Below, in pieces: positions 30,401 through 39,291 of a stretch of DNA of 64,000 nt (the first letter of the stretch is position 1; every line of letters begins with the position of its first letter). A model generated the notes under the pieces. That model had not been told where the DNA came from, searched no databases, and saw only the letters and a list, made by a program, of their open reading frames with translations. Position numbers and translations under genes: made by a program. Origin of the DNA: a virus (taxonomy: Duplodnaviria > Caudoviricetes); IMG/VR virus record IMGVR_UViG_3300020050_009209, one strand, 5' to 3'.

Positions 30401-30739
30401 GCTGCAATCAAATCTCTACTATTCTACACCTTTGCTGACGCTACGGCTAGGGCAGCGCAGTATCAGATGGACTCCGTTGCCATCACGGTAGCCCCGATCG
30501 CAGCTGGGTCTGAGGTGCGTGCCTACCTTGCTGGAACAAATACCGAGGTGGATGGGACAGAAACCAGCACTGGGTCATCCCACACACTACTAGTTCCACC
30601 TAACACATCCCTGGACATACGGGTACATAACTACTCTCCAGTGGCCTATCAGCCAGCCGACTTCTATGCACAGACCTTCGCAAACGATCAGAACTTCAAC
30701 CCAGTCCAGCGACTGGACCTCAATTTCTATAATCCTTGA
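27500..30739 (+). CDS. large putative tail fibre/spike protein
   Basis: 1079 aa Thr/Ser/Gly-rich; two WTR..TT.TVT...H.L modules; ends DLNFYNP. Confidence 0.65.
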   Translation: MATYTITTPVNIDTLATKVGSDTYNINGGYLTVDQDTRYGKNQNTSAAMGNLTLSATLGGTVEFNSTLVRIIPYNTGTGVVPAYDTTITRGSASGKLIGVYATLASAPTAVAASMPASGFIKIRQWNSVAYSTGALTGISATATAADRAGWLEIVGVDALTMTCNRLGTFKVRGDWFDLGTTDGTRATTYQIPSNGALVYLPGVWVETAVASNLYEFYPCAGSTTALLANIATDEVRGRWCWISTAGLLRFGHDGTNSTGGFIPGSGRKIRIPSIFFMCCTAAGPTVNVLPNATLATRMEFATTGGGVLDIQNACFNWYLNLNQPYSVALTNVATFSNLTLTECATAIAWSHVGVGQEAQTTNFGLLMSLNFAGGTMSNCTFTRALMASSGNYTTSQTDIFGFVCTNERMHMIGGARGNATTGSKNLVRGSSCSWTNTTLTGGGRIFLTTCTDVTYTNTVYADHQATTTNTTIPMYIFDMGVNCLRVVMDGLTFGGLTLVQPYSGILNIVAAGCTKIKLRNIGTYASPLSLGATRQDLVAWTRTTTTATVTKVAHGLKVNDIVYVPVSSDIAAIVVGAKTVATVVSADVFTFACLSAGGASGTISYYPTMSANVFVLAAGAAANDVAIQRVYTPHTRTNLYTADNSSKSIRLESVFSEYVNAFLAPQLNGRHRGVTGTPLLTAQTSVYGTTWLDGYVADVSQNTNAQSWTRSSTTVTVTANDHRLRTGLFIVVTTSSSTTPLPLGQYTVTVLTSNTFTIVGVNSGATSGTLSFDPLVGRVAIQMNEASPDVVAYTIDAGVAAFTSTGSLFMPNVGDQVTFNPPVTYSTREAIRGHARFPIAEALMAGGTINNYDITYSLDKNDGSGYGTFHNLHYTRAGAGGSSASTTVTMTSTTGVEPGDYVRGTGIAPNAKVVTVDSGTNVTVDIANTATVSGTLRFFHLPSETGIDASIGFFIKVRVKTTTANAAAIKSLLFYTFADATARAAQYQMDSVAITVAPIAAGSEVRAYLAGTNTEVDGTETSTGSSHTLLVPPNTSLDIRVHNYSPVAYQPADFYAQTFANDQNFNPVQRLDLNFYNP

Positions 30740-30742
30740 CCT

Positions 30743-31294
30743 ATGGCCAACATAGTCACATTCGATCCAATCGCGCTTCTAATCGTTGAGATCAACGTTG
30801 GCAGTCCAGCCCAGAATGTTCTTAGCGTTCTAGAGATCTACAGCGAGTGGAAGGACTGGCTACGTACGAACCCTTCTCGCCTTGGTCACCCACAAGCATT
30901 CTCCGTGGTTGGAGGTGACCCAACGATTGGTACACAGTCCCTCGGATCAACATTCTTCCTTGAAAACGGGTGGAGACTTCGACCTGCTGAGTACAGCCAC
31001 AAACTGGCACTAAGTGGAAACATCTTCCCTCGCGGAGGTGGCTCGATATTCGTGCCGACTGTGGGCGCGTTCAACGTCCACACCGAAACACTCGTGTCTA
31101 ACATCATTGACAAGGTGCAGAGCGGTTCTGGACTCGATATGACTCAAAACGAGATGTTGTTGACCCTATACCGCCTCGCTGGACTTGACCCGACCAAACC
31201 GCTCGTTGTCACCAATAACACACGAAGCGCTGGAGCTGGTATATCTCAAACCATCGTTCAAGCCTTAGGGTCCGTCACGGTCACAAGGACCTAA
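30743..31294 (+). CDS. putative virion-associated protein
   Basis: IYSEWKDW, VGGDP, FFLENGWR; same operon. Confidence 0.6.
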   Translation: MANIVTFDPIALLIVEINVGSPAQNVLSVLEIYSEWKDWLRTNPSRLGHPQAFSVVGGDPTIGTQSLGSTFFLENGWRLRPAEYSHKLALSGNIFPRGGGSIFVPTVGAFNVHTETLVSNIIDKVQSGSGLDMTQNEMLLTLYRLAGLDPTKPLVVTNNTRSAGAGISQTIVQALGSVTVTRT

Positions 31295-31298
31295 ATTC

Positions 31299-31811
31299 AT
31301 GGCGGACCCTATAAACATTGCGCTTGATGGGTTAGCTCCCCCGTTCACGCCTATTAATGCAGCATCTGCCGGAATGTCCCCCGCAGTTGGAGATGCAGGT
31401 TCTATTGGGGATGTCACGCTAACCACTTGCGCTGGAAGCGCAGTTGGAGATGCAGTCGGGGTAGGTTCTATTGGGGATGTCACGCTAACCACTTGCGCTG
31501 GAAGCGCAGTTGGAGATGCAGTAGATGCCATAGCAACTGGGTCGATTGGGTCGATTGTTGTAGTTTCGATCACTGGGTCTGCTCAAAGTGCCGGTACCGG
31601 TACCTTGGTACCCTCACCTGTTATCTATAGTGGTGGTGATACGTTTAGAGGGGGAGACGGGATCCCACAAAAGACAAACAGAAAGCAGAACCGAAAGCAG
31701 ATCGAGTTGGAGGAGGAGGAGGAGACCGATCGTACATCTTGGCGCCTCAAGTGGCGGACAACGGCAAGGGATGAGTACGTAAAACTACTGCGACAACGTC
31801 GTGCGGCATGA
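31299..31811 (+). CDS. hypothetical protein with internal repeat
   Basis: GSIGDVTLTTCAGSAVGDA x2. Confidence 0.55.
   Translation: MADPINIALDGLAPPFTPINAASAGMSPAVGDAGSIGDVTLTTCAGSAVGDAVGVGSIGDVTLTTCAGSAVGDAVDAIATGSIGSIVVVSITGSAQSAGTGTLVPSPVIYSGGDTFRGGDGIPQKTNRKQNRKQIELEEEEETDRTSWRLKWRTTARDEYVKLLRQRRAA
31397..31522 (+). repeat. direct repeat, 66-bp period (in frame)
   Basis: AGGTTCTATTGGGGATGTCACGCTAACCACTTGCGCTGGAAGCGCAGTTGGAGATGCAGT at 31397 and 31463. Confidence 0.9.
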
Positions 31812-31863
31812 AAAAACTTCGCGGCTGGGTTAAGGATCTCCCATGGCTTACGTAGGATGAAGC

Positions 31864-32154
31864 ATGAAAAAGAGTCTTGCTCAGCAGAACCTTGACGTGT
31901 ACTTCCGCACCACCAAGGCCCCAGGTCCTCTTGAGGGGGCAGCGGTAGGTGATAAAGTCTCCTACACCCGCTACTTTCTCAAGCAACTCTGTGTTGGAGC
32001 TACCGATCCCATGTGGCACAAACGAGGAACGATTGTAGCCCTTCGAGCCGGGACCACTTTGGTAAACGTTTTGTGGGATGGAGAGACTGAGCCTCGACCC
32101 ATCCAACTTTCTTGTCTGGCCAAGCCTGGCCCCAACCTTCGATTTTGCGAGTAA
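31864..32154 (+). CDS. hypothetical protein
   Basis: SH3-like VGDKV...RGTIV...VLWD. Confidence 0.55.
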   Translation: MKKSLAQQNLDVYFRTTKAPGPLEGAAVGDKVSYTRYFLKQLCVGATDPMWHKRGTIVALRAGTTLVNVLWDGETEPRPIQLSCLAKPGPNLRFCE

Positions 32155-32158
32155 CAAC

Positions 32159-32404
32159 ATGACACACAACTACGATCGAACAGCTAATAGAGACGAAGAA
32201 CACAACCGTACTCATCGCCTCGAAGAACGTGCAACCAGGGAGTGGTCTCGGTTGGCTGGTGAGCCCGTACAGGTCGAAGACGTAGGCGGGACGTTGTACG
32301 CCTTTGGTTCTGAGCTTGCTTGTCTTCGCCTCTGGTCCAAAATGGGGGTGGGGAAGGCTAAGTACAGCTCAAATCGCAAGAGCTGGTTCTGGAGTATGGA
32401 GTAA
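32159..32404 (+). CDS. hypothetical protein (MTHNYDRTA...)
   Basis: ATG 4 nt after upstream stop; YAFGSELACLRL. Confidence 0.55.
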   Translation: MTHNYDRTANRDEEHNRTHRLEERATREWSRLAGEPVQVEDVGGTLYAFGSELACLRLWSKMGVGKAKYSSNRKSWFWSME

Positions 32405-32447
32405 ATAGGTCGAAATCGACTGCAACGTAGAATTGAAAGGTACTTCA

Positions 32448-33020
32448 ATGAGTAATCTGGTTCGGGAGTTTCAGGATGCGTTGATTACCCGCAACGTGGT
32501 TGCAGCGGTTACGGCTCGAATCGTTCAAGCCAACGCATTCGGAAAACCCCTCTACGGACATAAGGATGAGAACTCCGCTTACCTCGTGGAGGACTACCCC
32601 TATGGGGCGAGGGCTCGATGCCGAATCCGGTACTGGCTTGAATTTAGCTCTTCTAAGGGAGCTAGGTTCGTGTCTCAAACGGAAGACCCGAAACGGCTTC
32701 GTTGGAACGCACCTAAGAAGTCTACCTACATGCCATGGGGCGGAGCTATGTACCTTGACTCCAAGGAGCATGTTCAATGGACAGGGGTAGGTCAGTACAC
32801 AAAGGACGAGGAGATGCTAGAGTTCGTCAAAGCATTTCCAGACTCTGATCTGAGCATCCTCAAGAAGGTGGTTCCGATCAAGATAAAGTACCTTATGCGT
32901 CGAATCAGTGGAGACAGTGGTCTCTCCATGAATGGAGTGAAGGTCGAAATGTCCGAAGAGGATATTGGTGAGGCTCGAAAAGACCTTGAAATCTGGCAAG
33001 ATATTGCTAAGTACGTCTGA
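32448..33020 (+). CDS. hypothetical phage protein with N-terminal RNVVAA motif variant
   Basis: VEDYPYG..RCRIRYWLE, WNAPKKSTY. Confidence 0.65.
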   Translation: MSNLVREFQDALITRNVVAAVTARIVQANAFGKPLYGHKDENSAYLVEDYPYGARARCRIRYWLEFSSSKGARFVSQTEDPKRLRWNAPKKSTYMPWGGAMYLDSKEHVQWTGVGQYTKDEEMLEFVKAFPDSDLSILKKVVPIKIKYLMRRISGDSGLSMNGVKVEMSEEDIGEARKDLEIWQDIAKYV

Positions 33021-33029
33021 GTACTCACA

Positions 33030-33641
33030 ATGAGTAGCGAACTTACAACTAAGGTGCTGACAAGGTTCTTGGAGGCCTCGAAAGACCCCTTGAGCTTCAA
33101 CAAGGTCGAGAAGCTCTACCAAACTGTCGTGCGTCTGACAAAGCAGATTCATGCAGCGAATGATGACAAGGTGGAGGCCCTTTACGGTAAGATCGAAAAG
33201 GCCGCTTCCGATGTCATTGACCTAGCAGTTGCTGCGCACAAGAGCGGTAAGTTAGACTCTGATGACGCTAGCGCTTTAGCTAAAAGCTTCAAAGAGGTCG
33301 AAAAGGCTATCGACAATGGGGAAGGCAACCCTAGTGCGTTTTCAGCCGCAGGGCTAAAGAAGGCAGTAGAACGGCTCTACGGGGATATGCATAGAGCCTC
33401 AGCTCGCACCAAGACGGCAAAGACCTCCATGGAGCCTCATGTGGTTCGGAGTGCCCTCGCCATGTTGGAGGAGATGAAGGAGGCTGAGGCCCGACTGCGA
33501 AAGGCAGTTCAGTTCTCCAGGGCTCTACGAATAGAGCCCTCCCTAGAGTGGATCGTCGACCAGTTGGAGGAAGCTCACCAGTCCTGTGAGGGCGTAGTGA
33601 AGACTACAGAGGACACTCTCGACTACTTGAACCGCCGCTAG
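33030..33641 (+). CDS. helical hypothetical protein with N-terminal KVLTRF motif
   Basis: operonic; convergent overlap with next gene. Confidence 0.65.
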   Translation: MSSELTTKVLTRFLEASKDPLSFNKVEKLYQTVVRLTKQIHAANDDKVEALYGKIEKAASDVIDLAVAAHKSGKLDSDDASALAKSFKEVEKAIDNGEGNPSAFSAAGLKKAVERLYGDMHRASARTKTAKTSMEPHVVRSALAMLEEMKEAEARLRKAVQFSRALRIEPSLEWIVDQLEEAHQSCEGVVKTTEDTLDYLNRR

Positions 33642-34123
33642 TAGTCGTCCCATTCGCTACTACCATGCCCCCAACAGAGTGAGCACTCCATAGAGTCTGC
33701 GGGCTGAGGTTCATACCCTGAGCCTGAGCATCGAGTACAACGGCTGTTTCGATAGTACTTAATCTCCCTTATCGCACCATCCACGATGGCTTTTGAGGCA
33801 GACTCCTTATCGCCTACGACAAAAAATACCCCCTCTGGGCTTAGAGTGATGGTGATAAGATCGTCGTAGTTCGTGTCGGTGAGGCCATCTTTCTCCCAAC
33901 TACGGAACGCATCTTCGTCCTTGTAGACAAATAGCTCGGTAACGTCCCAAAGTTTACGTGGTATCGCAGACTGAATTGTGGTCAAGGCCCTAAGGTGGCC
34001 TTCATATGGAGCACAAGAGACTACACTTGCGTTGGGCCACTTCCTGACTATGTAGTTCAAAGCCTCTACTAGATCGTAGGGGTTCCTAGCTCCAAGAAGT
34101 TCTACGTCGAACCCACCAATCAT
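33638..34123 (-). CDS. hypothetical protein with C-terminal CxxCxGxG zinc finger
   Basis: CTRCSGSG...CSLCWGHG. Confidence 0.6.
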   Translation of the reverse strand: MIGGFDVELLGARNPYDLVEALNYIVRKWPNASVVSCAPYEGHLRALTTIQSAIPRKLWDVTELFVYKDEDAFRSWEKDGLTDTNYDDLITITLSPEGVFFVVGDKESASKAIVDGAIREIKYYRNSRCTRCSGSGYEPQPADSMECSLCWGHGSSEWDDY

Positions 34124-34728
34124 GACGACAACCTCTTGGGGATGTAGCTCTTACGATGGGCTGGGGAAATCCCTAGTTCGCGTATAGCTTGTTCGTGTTT
34201 CGCAGTCCCATAGCCTACGTTCGTAGCAAAACCATATCCTGGGTACTTGGTATCCAACTCCAGCATGTGTTGGTCGTGTAGGTACTTACCGATGACACTT
34301 GCTGCCATGACTGCGTGGATTAGTCCGTCAGCCTTTGGGAGAGCGATGTGGAAGCTGGTTAGCATTTGGTTCTGCCCGTCAATGATCACAAGTGCTTGAG
34401 GATGGCTCCGTTGTAGCTCACTCACTACAGCTTGGTAGCAGCGTCGCAGAGCAACCGCTACTCCTACTTGGTCAATCTCCTCAGCTTGAGCCATTTCGAC
34501 TTTGAATGGCACCTTAAGGGTGTCTACAAGGTACGTGTAGAAGTGCTTGTGCTTCGACTTACTCAACTTCTTAGAGTCGTTGAGGCCTACCGGTGGAATC
34601 CAACTTGTGGGTACCGCTACTGCACACACAACAAGGGGCCCGGCATACGACCCAAAGCCGCACTCATCTGCCCCTAGTACCATGGTGTGGTCGCTTATCT
34701 GGCGTACAATCTCTGGGCTAAGAGTCAC
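34120..34728 (-). CDS. rnhB: ribonuclease HII
   Basis: GADECGFG, GPLVVCAV, LNDSKKLS, IIDG, KADG, AASVIGK, YGFATNVGYGT..H, HRKSY. Confidence 0.92.
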   Translation of the reverse strand: MTLSPEIVRQISDHTMVLGADECGFGSYAGPLVVCAVAVPTSWIPPVGLNDSKKLSKSKHKHFYTYLVDTLKVPFKVEMAQAEEIDQVGVAVALRRCYQAVVSELQRSHPQALVIIDGQNQMLTSFHIALPKADGLIHAVMAASVIGKYLHDQHMLELDTKYPGYGFATNVGYGTAKHEQAIRELGISPAHRKSYIPKRLSS

Positions 34729-34910
34729 TCAACGTCCCCTTTGAGCGTGTCTTCAATGAGAAGAAGCAGTTGCTCTGTAAAACTGTTATGGTTGTAGCCA
34801 GAGTTGGCTTCCCAGTCCCCCTCAAACTTGACTTCAAGCTCCCCCTCCCCATCAAGACGAACATCCTTGATAGAGCGGAGAATGTCCAGTACTTCCTTAG
34901 ATGTTTTCAC
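34725..34910 (-). CDS. hypothetical protein
   Basis: overlapping operonic ORF. Confidence 0.5.
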   Translation of the reverse strand: MKTSKEVLDILRSIKDVRLDGEGELEVKFEGDWEANSGYNHNSFTEQLLLLIEDTLKGDVE

Positions 34911-35188
34911 GACTTACTTGCCCCACCTGGAATGATTCGCCCCAGAACAGCATCGGCCTGGATATCACTTTTACGTCGAGCCGCTTCCATGTCGTACAGG
35001 TATACAGGCAACTTGTAGTGGTTAGCCCACCACTGGCCTTTCTCGTCAGCCTCTTCTACGGTTTCTGCTCGTGCAAGAATGTGTCCAGGCATAACACAAT
35101 CCCCGAGAATGACAGCAAACCCTTCTCGGCGTTCCAGTTCTGGCATGGCCCATGACGGAACCACGATGATTTTAAGAGGGGTGTTCAA
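34907..35188 (-). CDS. hypothetical protein
   Basis: overlapping operonic ORF. Confidence 0.5.
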   Translation of the reverse strand: MNTPLKIIVVPSWAMPELERREGFAVILGDCVMPGHILARAETVEEADEKGQWWANHYKLPVYLYDMEAARRKSDIQADAVLGRIIPGGASKS

Positions 35189-35610
35189 GCCTTCTTCCCT
35201 CCATGAAGAGCTGGGCGTGTAGCGTTGTATTGGAACTTGACGGCAACTGCCTTCGCTACATTTACACCATGAGCCTCAGCCTTATCAAGGGCACGAATGA
35301 TCTCATCTGCAATCTCTTCCTCAGCGTTGTTAAGACTTGGAAGCCCAAGAGCTTCCATCTTCTCAGACTTATCGCAGGGGGTGTAGAGCTTCCCTGCTCG
35401 AAACGCCTCCCAGAACTCAGAAGACTCTCCATGTTGATTCGCAGTGTAGACCGCAGCACGAAGAGTTTGCCCAACAGGTCCAGCCCACTGAGCATTGGTT
35501 AGGTCCCCTCGTAGTTGGTCTCGGAATCCCTTGGTTTTTGCGTTCTCAGCCACAAGATCACGAAGGGCGTTGAGGACAGCAAGACTCTCTGGGGTGACGA
35601 TTAGGTTCAT
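35185..35610 (-). CDS. MazG-like nucleotide pyrophosphohydrolase
   Basis: HGESSEFWEAFR, EEEIADEIIRALD, KFQYNATRPALHGGK. Confidence 0.8.
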   Translation of the reverse strand: MNLIVTPESLAVLNALRDLVAENAKTKGFRDQLRGDLTNAQWAGPVGQTLRAAVYTANQHGESSEFWEAFRAGKLYTPCDKSEKMEALGLPSLNNAEEEIADEIIRALDKAEAHGVNVAKAVAVKFQYNATRPALHGGKKA

Positions 35611-35672
35611 GTCGAGGTACTACACCAAAAAAAGTGACCCATCTCCTTGTTTTTGGTGTAGTACCGTAGAAC
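35611..35672. promoter_or_regulatory. divergent intergenic region with back-to-back GGTGTAGTACC elements (16-bp inverted repeat)
   Basis: GGTACTACACCAAAAA (35616-35631) and TTTTTGGTGTAGTACC (35650-35665). Confidence 0.65.
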
Positions 35673-36509
35673 ATGCTGCGAAGCGGAAAAACATCAGGGT
35701 TCCCCTACTCTTTGTCAAGATGGACCGATCTCCCGAGTGGGAAGTGGGCCTGGTTCCTCGCAAACCTGACCAGAGGTTACATGCTAGCCTTTGACCCTAC
35801 ATCAGGGATCCCAGCTCGTTGGTCGCTACGACCAGAAGACACCCTTGGGCTTTTGTTCTGGACCAAGGACCCGAGCAATCTCATTCTGGATGCCAAGCTA
35901 CTCCAATCTTACAAGGTCAAGGTACACATGACTCTGACGGGCTGGGAAGAGGTCGAGAAGGGGGCTCCAAGCCTTCTTGAGGGTGTTGCCCTCCTTGCCC
36001 AAGCCGTCGAGACCTTCGGCCCAGAGAATGTAACCTGGAGGTTCTCTCCGGTACCCCTGGTATCGGATGTAGTTGCTAGGTTCCAACGCATCCTTGACAC
36101 CGCAGCTAAGGTAGGGCTAAGACAAGTCTACGTGTCTTTCCTTCAGGCGAATGACTTGGTACCCGAAACTCGAAGCAAACAGGAGCGCCTTGAGTTGCTG
36201 ATTCAACTAGCTGACCTGGCTCAAACTAGAGGGGTGAAGGTCCTTCTGTGCAATGAGGACAATCTTCTCTTGCAAACTCAGGAGACTTACAGTAACCTGG
36301 CTTCCGGAGTGTGTGTCCCTCCGGCTGAGTTCGAGCTTACCGGATCTCAACCACTTCCTTCCGAGGGTTGTGGTTGTGTTTTGACGGTAGACCCGTTTAC
36401 AGTCAATGAGTCCTGCAACCTAGGTTGTGCCTACTGTTACGCCGCAGACAAGTCTCTGACCCCAAAAAAGCGTAACACGACAAAGAAGAGTTTACAGGTG
36501 CTACAGTGA
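35673..36509 (+). CDS. DUF1848-family (radical-SAM-like) protein
   Basis: SRWTDLP, FWTKDP, WRFSP, CGC...CNLGCAYCYA. Confidence 0.75.
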   Translation: MLRSGKTSGFPYSLSRWTDLPSGKWAWFLANLTRGYMLAFDPTSGIPARWSLRPEDTLGLLFWTKDPSNLILDAKLLQSYKVKVHMTLTGWEEVEKGAPSLLEGVALLAQAVETFGPENVTWRFSPVPLVSDVVARFQRILDTAAKVGLRQVYVSFLQANDLVPETRSKQERLELLIQLADLAQTRGVKVLLCNEDNLLLQTQETYSNLASGVCVPPAEFELTGSQPLPSEGCGCVLTVDPFTVNESCNLGCAYCYAADKSLTPKKRNTTKKSLQVLQ

Positions 36510-36790
36510 TTACCCCCTTTCTCACTCCAGAAGACCTTGGGATCAAACTCGACGAGGATTCTGAGGATGTGAGTGACCTAGACTTTGAGCAGGCGGTATT
36601 CACTGAATCCATTGAGGAGTTCTCCAAGCTCCTATCCTTGCTCATCGAGCAAAGCAATGAGGATCCTTTCATTGTAGAGCGCTACTTCCCAAAGTACGCG
36701 CTAAGACGCAAATGCGGTGTACTTCTTTGTCGGGTGGCCGTTGGCTCCCGCACTCAACTATTTCGGATTGACTGGCTGCAAAACACCTAA
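36506..36790 (+). CDS. hypothetical protein
   Basis: GTGA overlap. Confidence 0.5.
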   Translation: MITPFLTPEDLGIKLDEDSEDVSDLDFEQAVFTESIEEFSKLLSLLIEQSNEDPFIVERYFPKYALRRKCGVLLCRVAVGSRTQLFRIDWLQNT

Positions 36791-36803
36791 GGGGAAAATA
36801 CGA

Positions 36804-37160
36804 ATGCGAAACCTTCTTTTCACTCTCACCGTACTACTGATGACCACCCTTACAGTTGGGGCTGGAGCCGACCCAAGAGGAGGTCGAAAGACCTTCAGTG
36901 ACACTATTGGTCGGGGTATGCAACAAACGTATGATCTAGTCCTAAACGGGGATGAGACTACCATTGTCGAGATCAATGGTAATGGTCGTAGTGACCTGGA
37001 TTGCTTCATTTTTGATGAGAACGACAACCTAGTCGTTAAAGACGATGACTCGTCCGACCAGTGCCGACTTGCCGTAACTCCCCGCTGGACTGGGCACTTC
37101 ACCTTGATTATCAAGAATGTAGGTACTACCCATAGCACTTACAGAGGAGTTGCCTACTAA
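36804..37160 (+). CDS. secreted PPC-like beta-sandwich protein
   Basis: signal peptide MRNLLFTLTVLLMTTLTVGAGA; GNGRSDLDCFIFDENDNLV..DD; TGHFTLIIKN. Confidence 0.65.
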   Translation: MRNLLFTLTVLLMTTLTVGAGADPRGGRKTFSDTIGRGMQQTYDLVLNGDETTIVEINGNGRSDLDCFIFDENDNLVVKDDDSSDQCRLAVTPRWTGHFTLIIKNVGTTHSTYRGVAY

Positions 37161-37495
37161 TGAGTAATCCAAACGATTGTGATCCTTGCCAGACAGGTGA
37201 GGGGCCTCCACCCACGCTATGCGATGGGAACACCACGAATAACTGCTGGGTAGAGAATGGAATCTGCCTACTCGACTCTATGAGCAAAGAGCAGATTGTC
37301 TACACAATCGAGCACAACCCTTTGGCAAGAACCGACCTTGTCAAAGTGACGACATGTGAGGACATCCTAGAGCTACTTAAGGACATCCCCATTCTTCCAG
37401 CCGTCCAAGAAGACGACGCACAGCAGAAAGCGTTCAACAGCGCTGACTGTCTCCCCTTCTACACGATTTTTCGTGGGAACTTTAACGACAGATGA
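37160..37495 (+). CDS. hypothetical Cys-rich protein
   Basis: TAATG overlap. Confidence 0.55.
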   Translation: MSNPNDCDPCQTGEGPPPTLCDGNTTNNCWVENGICLLDSMSKEQIVYTIEHNPLARTDLVKVTTCEDILELLKDIPILPAVQEDDAQQKAFNSADCLPFYTIFRGNFNDR

Positions 37496-37848
37496 GTAGC
37501 GCTAGAAATCAGCGGAGGTTGATCGGGAAGGGGCTTAACGCCAAGTCCAACTCCTCAAAGGGAAACCCGCTGGGTGGGTTAGAGGCTCTAAAGACTCAAC
37601 TAGAGCATCTTCTGTCCAATGTAACGCCCTCCTCTGCACAGGCTGCTCAGATTGAGGACTCCATCAAGCTCATCTCTACTTTTGCGGAAGACCTTGCGTC
37701 CCTCAAGAAGGAACACGTCAAGCAGCGAGCTGTGACTTTGGGGTTGTTCTCCAAGTTGAGTTCTCTGTCGTTTGAAGATAGCTTGAAGCTGGAGACTGAG
37801 CTAAGGAGTGATTACGATCATAGTCACTCAGAAGAGGATCATGAATGA
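37492..37848 (+). CDS. hypothetical coiled-coil protein
   Basis: ATGA overlap. Confidence 0.55.
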   Translation: MSSARNQRRLIGKGLNAKSNSSKGNPLGGLEALKTQLEHLLSNVTPSSAQAAQIEDSIKLISTFAEDLASLKKEHVKQRAVTLGLFSKLSSLSFEDSLKLETELRSDYDHSHSEEDHE

Positions 37849-38395
37849 CAACTCGAATAGACCTCCCAACTCAGAAACGATTGGGACCACAGGGCCCTCA
37901 AGATTGGTCCCAGTTGATGTCCACCGTGATTCAACGGGCTCAGGCCCTACAGGATCCGAGACTACAAGGGCTTCAGGAGGCAATGACCCTTGGGAAGGCC
38001 GAGCAAGCCCTTCGCCGAATGGGAATTCTAACCGAGGTAGACCTACTTCGGGAATTCCCGGACAACGACCTGTAGACCCCGCTCAGACGTTGTTGCAAGC
38101 ATTTGAGCAGGGCGACCCTGAGGTGGTGTATCAAGCTGCCTTGGATCTGAAAGTTGCCTACAAAGAAGCGATGCTGGAGGGGGCTAAGCTAAGGTTCAAG
38201 TTGAACTTCGGGACCCCGTTTTGCGAAGAGTGCGACGGGTTACGCGCAGGTCCTGGGGTAATTGCCACCTGCTTTCAAATTAAACGTTGTGATTACACGA
38301 GTTTGAAGGACGGGAATCAGGATCCCGACCAGGTTCGGCTAATTACCAGCTTGGTAACCAACTTACAGAAGTATGAAGGAAAACATGACAAGTAA
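37841..38395 (+). CDS. hypothetical protein, C-terminal Cys motif (start uncertain; may be TTG 38090)
   Basis: C-terminal half protein-like (CEEC...C...C). Confidence 0.45.
   Translation: MNDNSNRPPNSETIGTTGPSRLVPVDVHRDSTGSGPTGSETTRASGGNDPWEGRASPSPNGNSNRGRPTSGIPGQRPVDPAQTLLQAFEQGDPEVVYQAALDLKVAYKEAMLEGAKLRFKLNFGTPFCEECDGLRAGPGVIATCFQIKRCDYTSLKDGNQDPDQVRLITSLVTNLQKYEGKHDK
37845..38075 (+). CDS. hypothetical protein
   Basis: ATGA overlap, GAGG RBS. Confidence 0.5.
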   Translation: MTTRIDLPTQKRLGPQGPQDWSQLMSTVIQRAQALQDPRLQGLQEAMTLGKAEQALRRMGILTEVDLLREFPDNDL

Positions 38396-39269
38396 AGACG
38401 AGCTATCCAAGCTATCAAAGCAGGACCTGATTGACTTCACCTTTGAGGTTATGGCCAAGGTCAGTCAAGTAGCTGACCTGCTTTGTACCCTCCCCATCCC
38501 AACCCATAAGGCCACGGAATCCGAGGTTCCTCCCAAGGTAGAGGTTCTTCCTAAGGTTGAGACTCCTAAGGTTGAGGCTCCTAAGGTCGAGGCTCCTGTC
38601 AAAGTAAAAGCAGAGCTAGGTAAGCTAGCTCTAAGTGCAGCCCCTACTGACATCCTAGATAGCTTGCAAGTCATTATGGCTCACACCACAGCGGAGGCTA
38701 GCCTTAATCCGGTGGAATGTCATGCGGCACTAGTAGACTACAAGTGGCTGCCTGATTGCGGAGAGCCACTGGCTCATATTCGCTACACGTTGGCAGCACA
38801 TCCAGAATTGTTTACCCGACTCCCAGGGTCAAGGGCCGAGTACTACCTGGCCAACAAGGGGGAGCTAAAGGCGATCAAAGCAGCGCTCCTAGCCAAGGAT
38901 GAGGCTACGAAAAAGAAGGGGGCTAAGAAGAAGAAAGCTAGTGCTCCACTGGTAGCTCAAACCCCGGTAACTAAGCTAGCTCCCCAGATAACCCCTACCC
39001 TGCCTAAGCTAATGAAAGGGCTAGCTTCGGAGGTAACTGAAGCTGCTTCTCAGGTAAGAGGGGCAACTCCCCAGATGACTGGGCTAGCTTCTCAGATGAC
39101 TTCACCCCTGCCGAAGCCACCCGTAGCTGCTCCACCCGTCCAAGATGATGACGACCCCATGGCTGCGCTGAGTGGCTTGCTGGATGAGGTGCCTGAGGGG
39201 CTTAAGATTGCATCCGAGATCGTGGCGACAACTACAGGAATACAGTCAACGAACAAGTTTCAGCTCTAG
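38373..39269 (+). CDS. hypothetical protein with PKVE repeats
   Basis: PKVEVLPKVETPKVEAPKVEAP. Confidence 0.6.
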   Translation: MKENMTSKDELSKLSKQDLIDFTFEVMAKVSQVADLLCTLPIPTHKATESEVPPKVEVLPKVETPKVEAPKVEAPVKVKAELGKLALSAAPTDILDSLQVIMAHTTAEASLNPVECHAALVDYKWLPDCGEPLAHIRYTLAAHPELFTRLPGSRAEYYLANKGELKAIKAALLAKDEATKKKGAKKKKASAPLVAQTPVTKLAPQITPTLPKLMKGLASEVTEAASQVRGATPQMTGLASQMTSPLPKPPVAAPPVQDDDDPMAALSGLLDEVPEGLKIASEIVATTTGIQSTNKFQL

Positions 39270-39291
39270 TCGCAAGGGGCCACAGCACGAA

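Noticed and set aside
36062..36090. DVVARFQR inside the DUF1848 protein, matching the leader motif
   Set aside because: Mid-domain position, probably chance; it shows the motif is short and needs a statistical test
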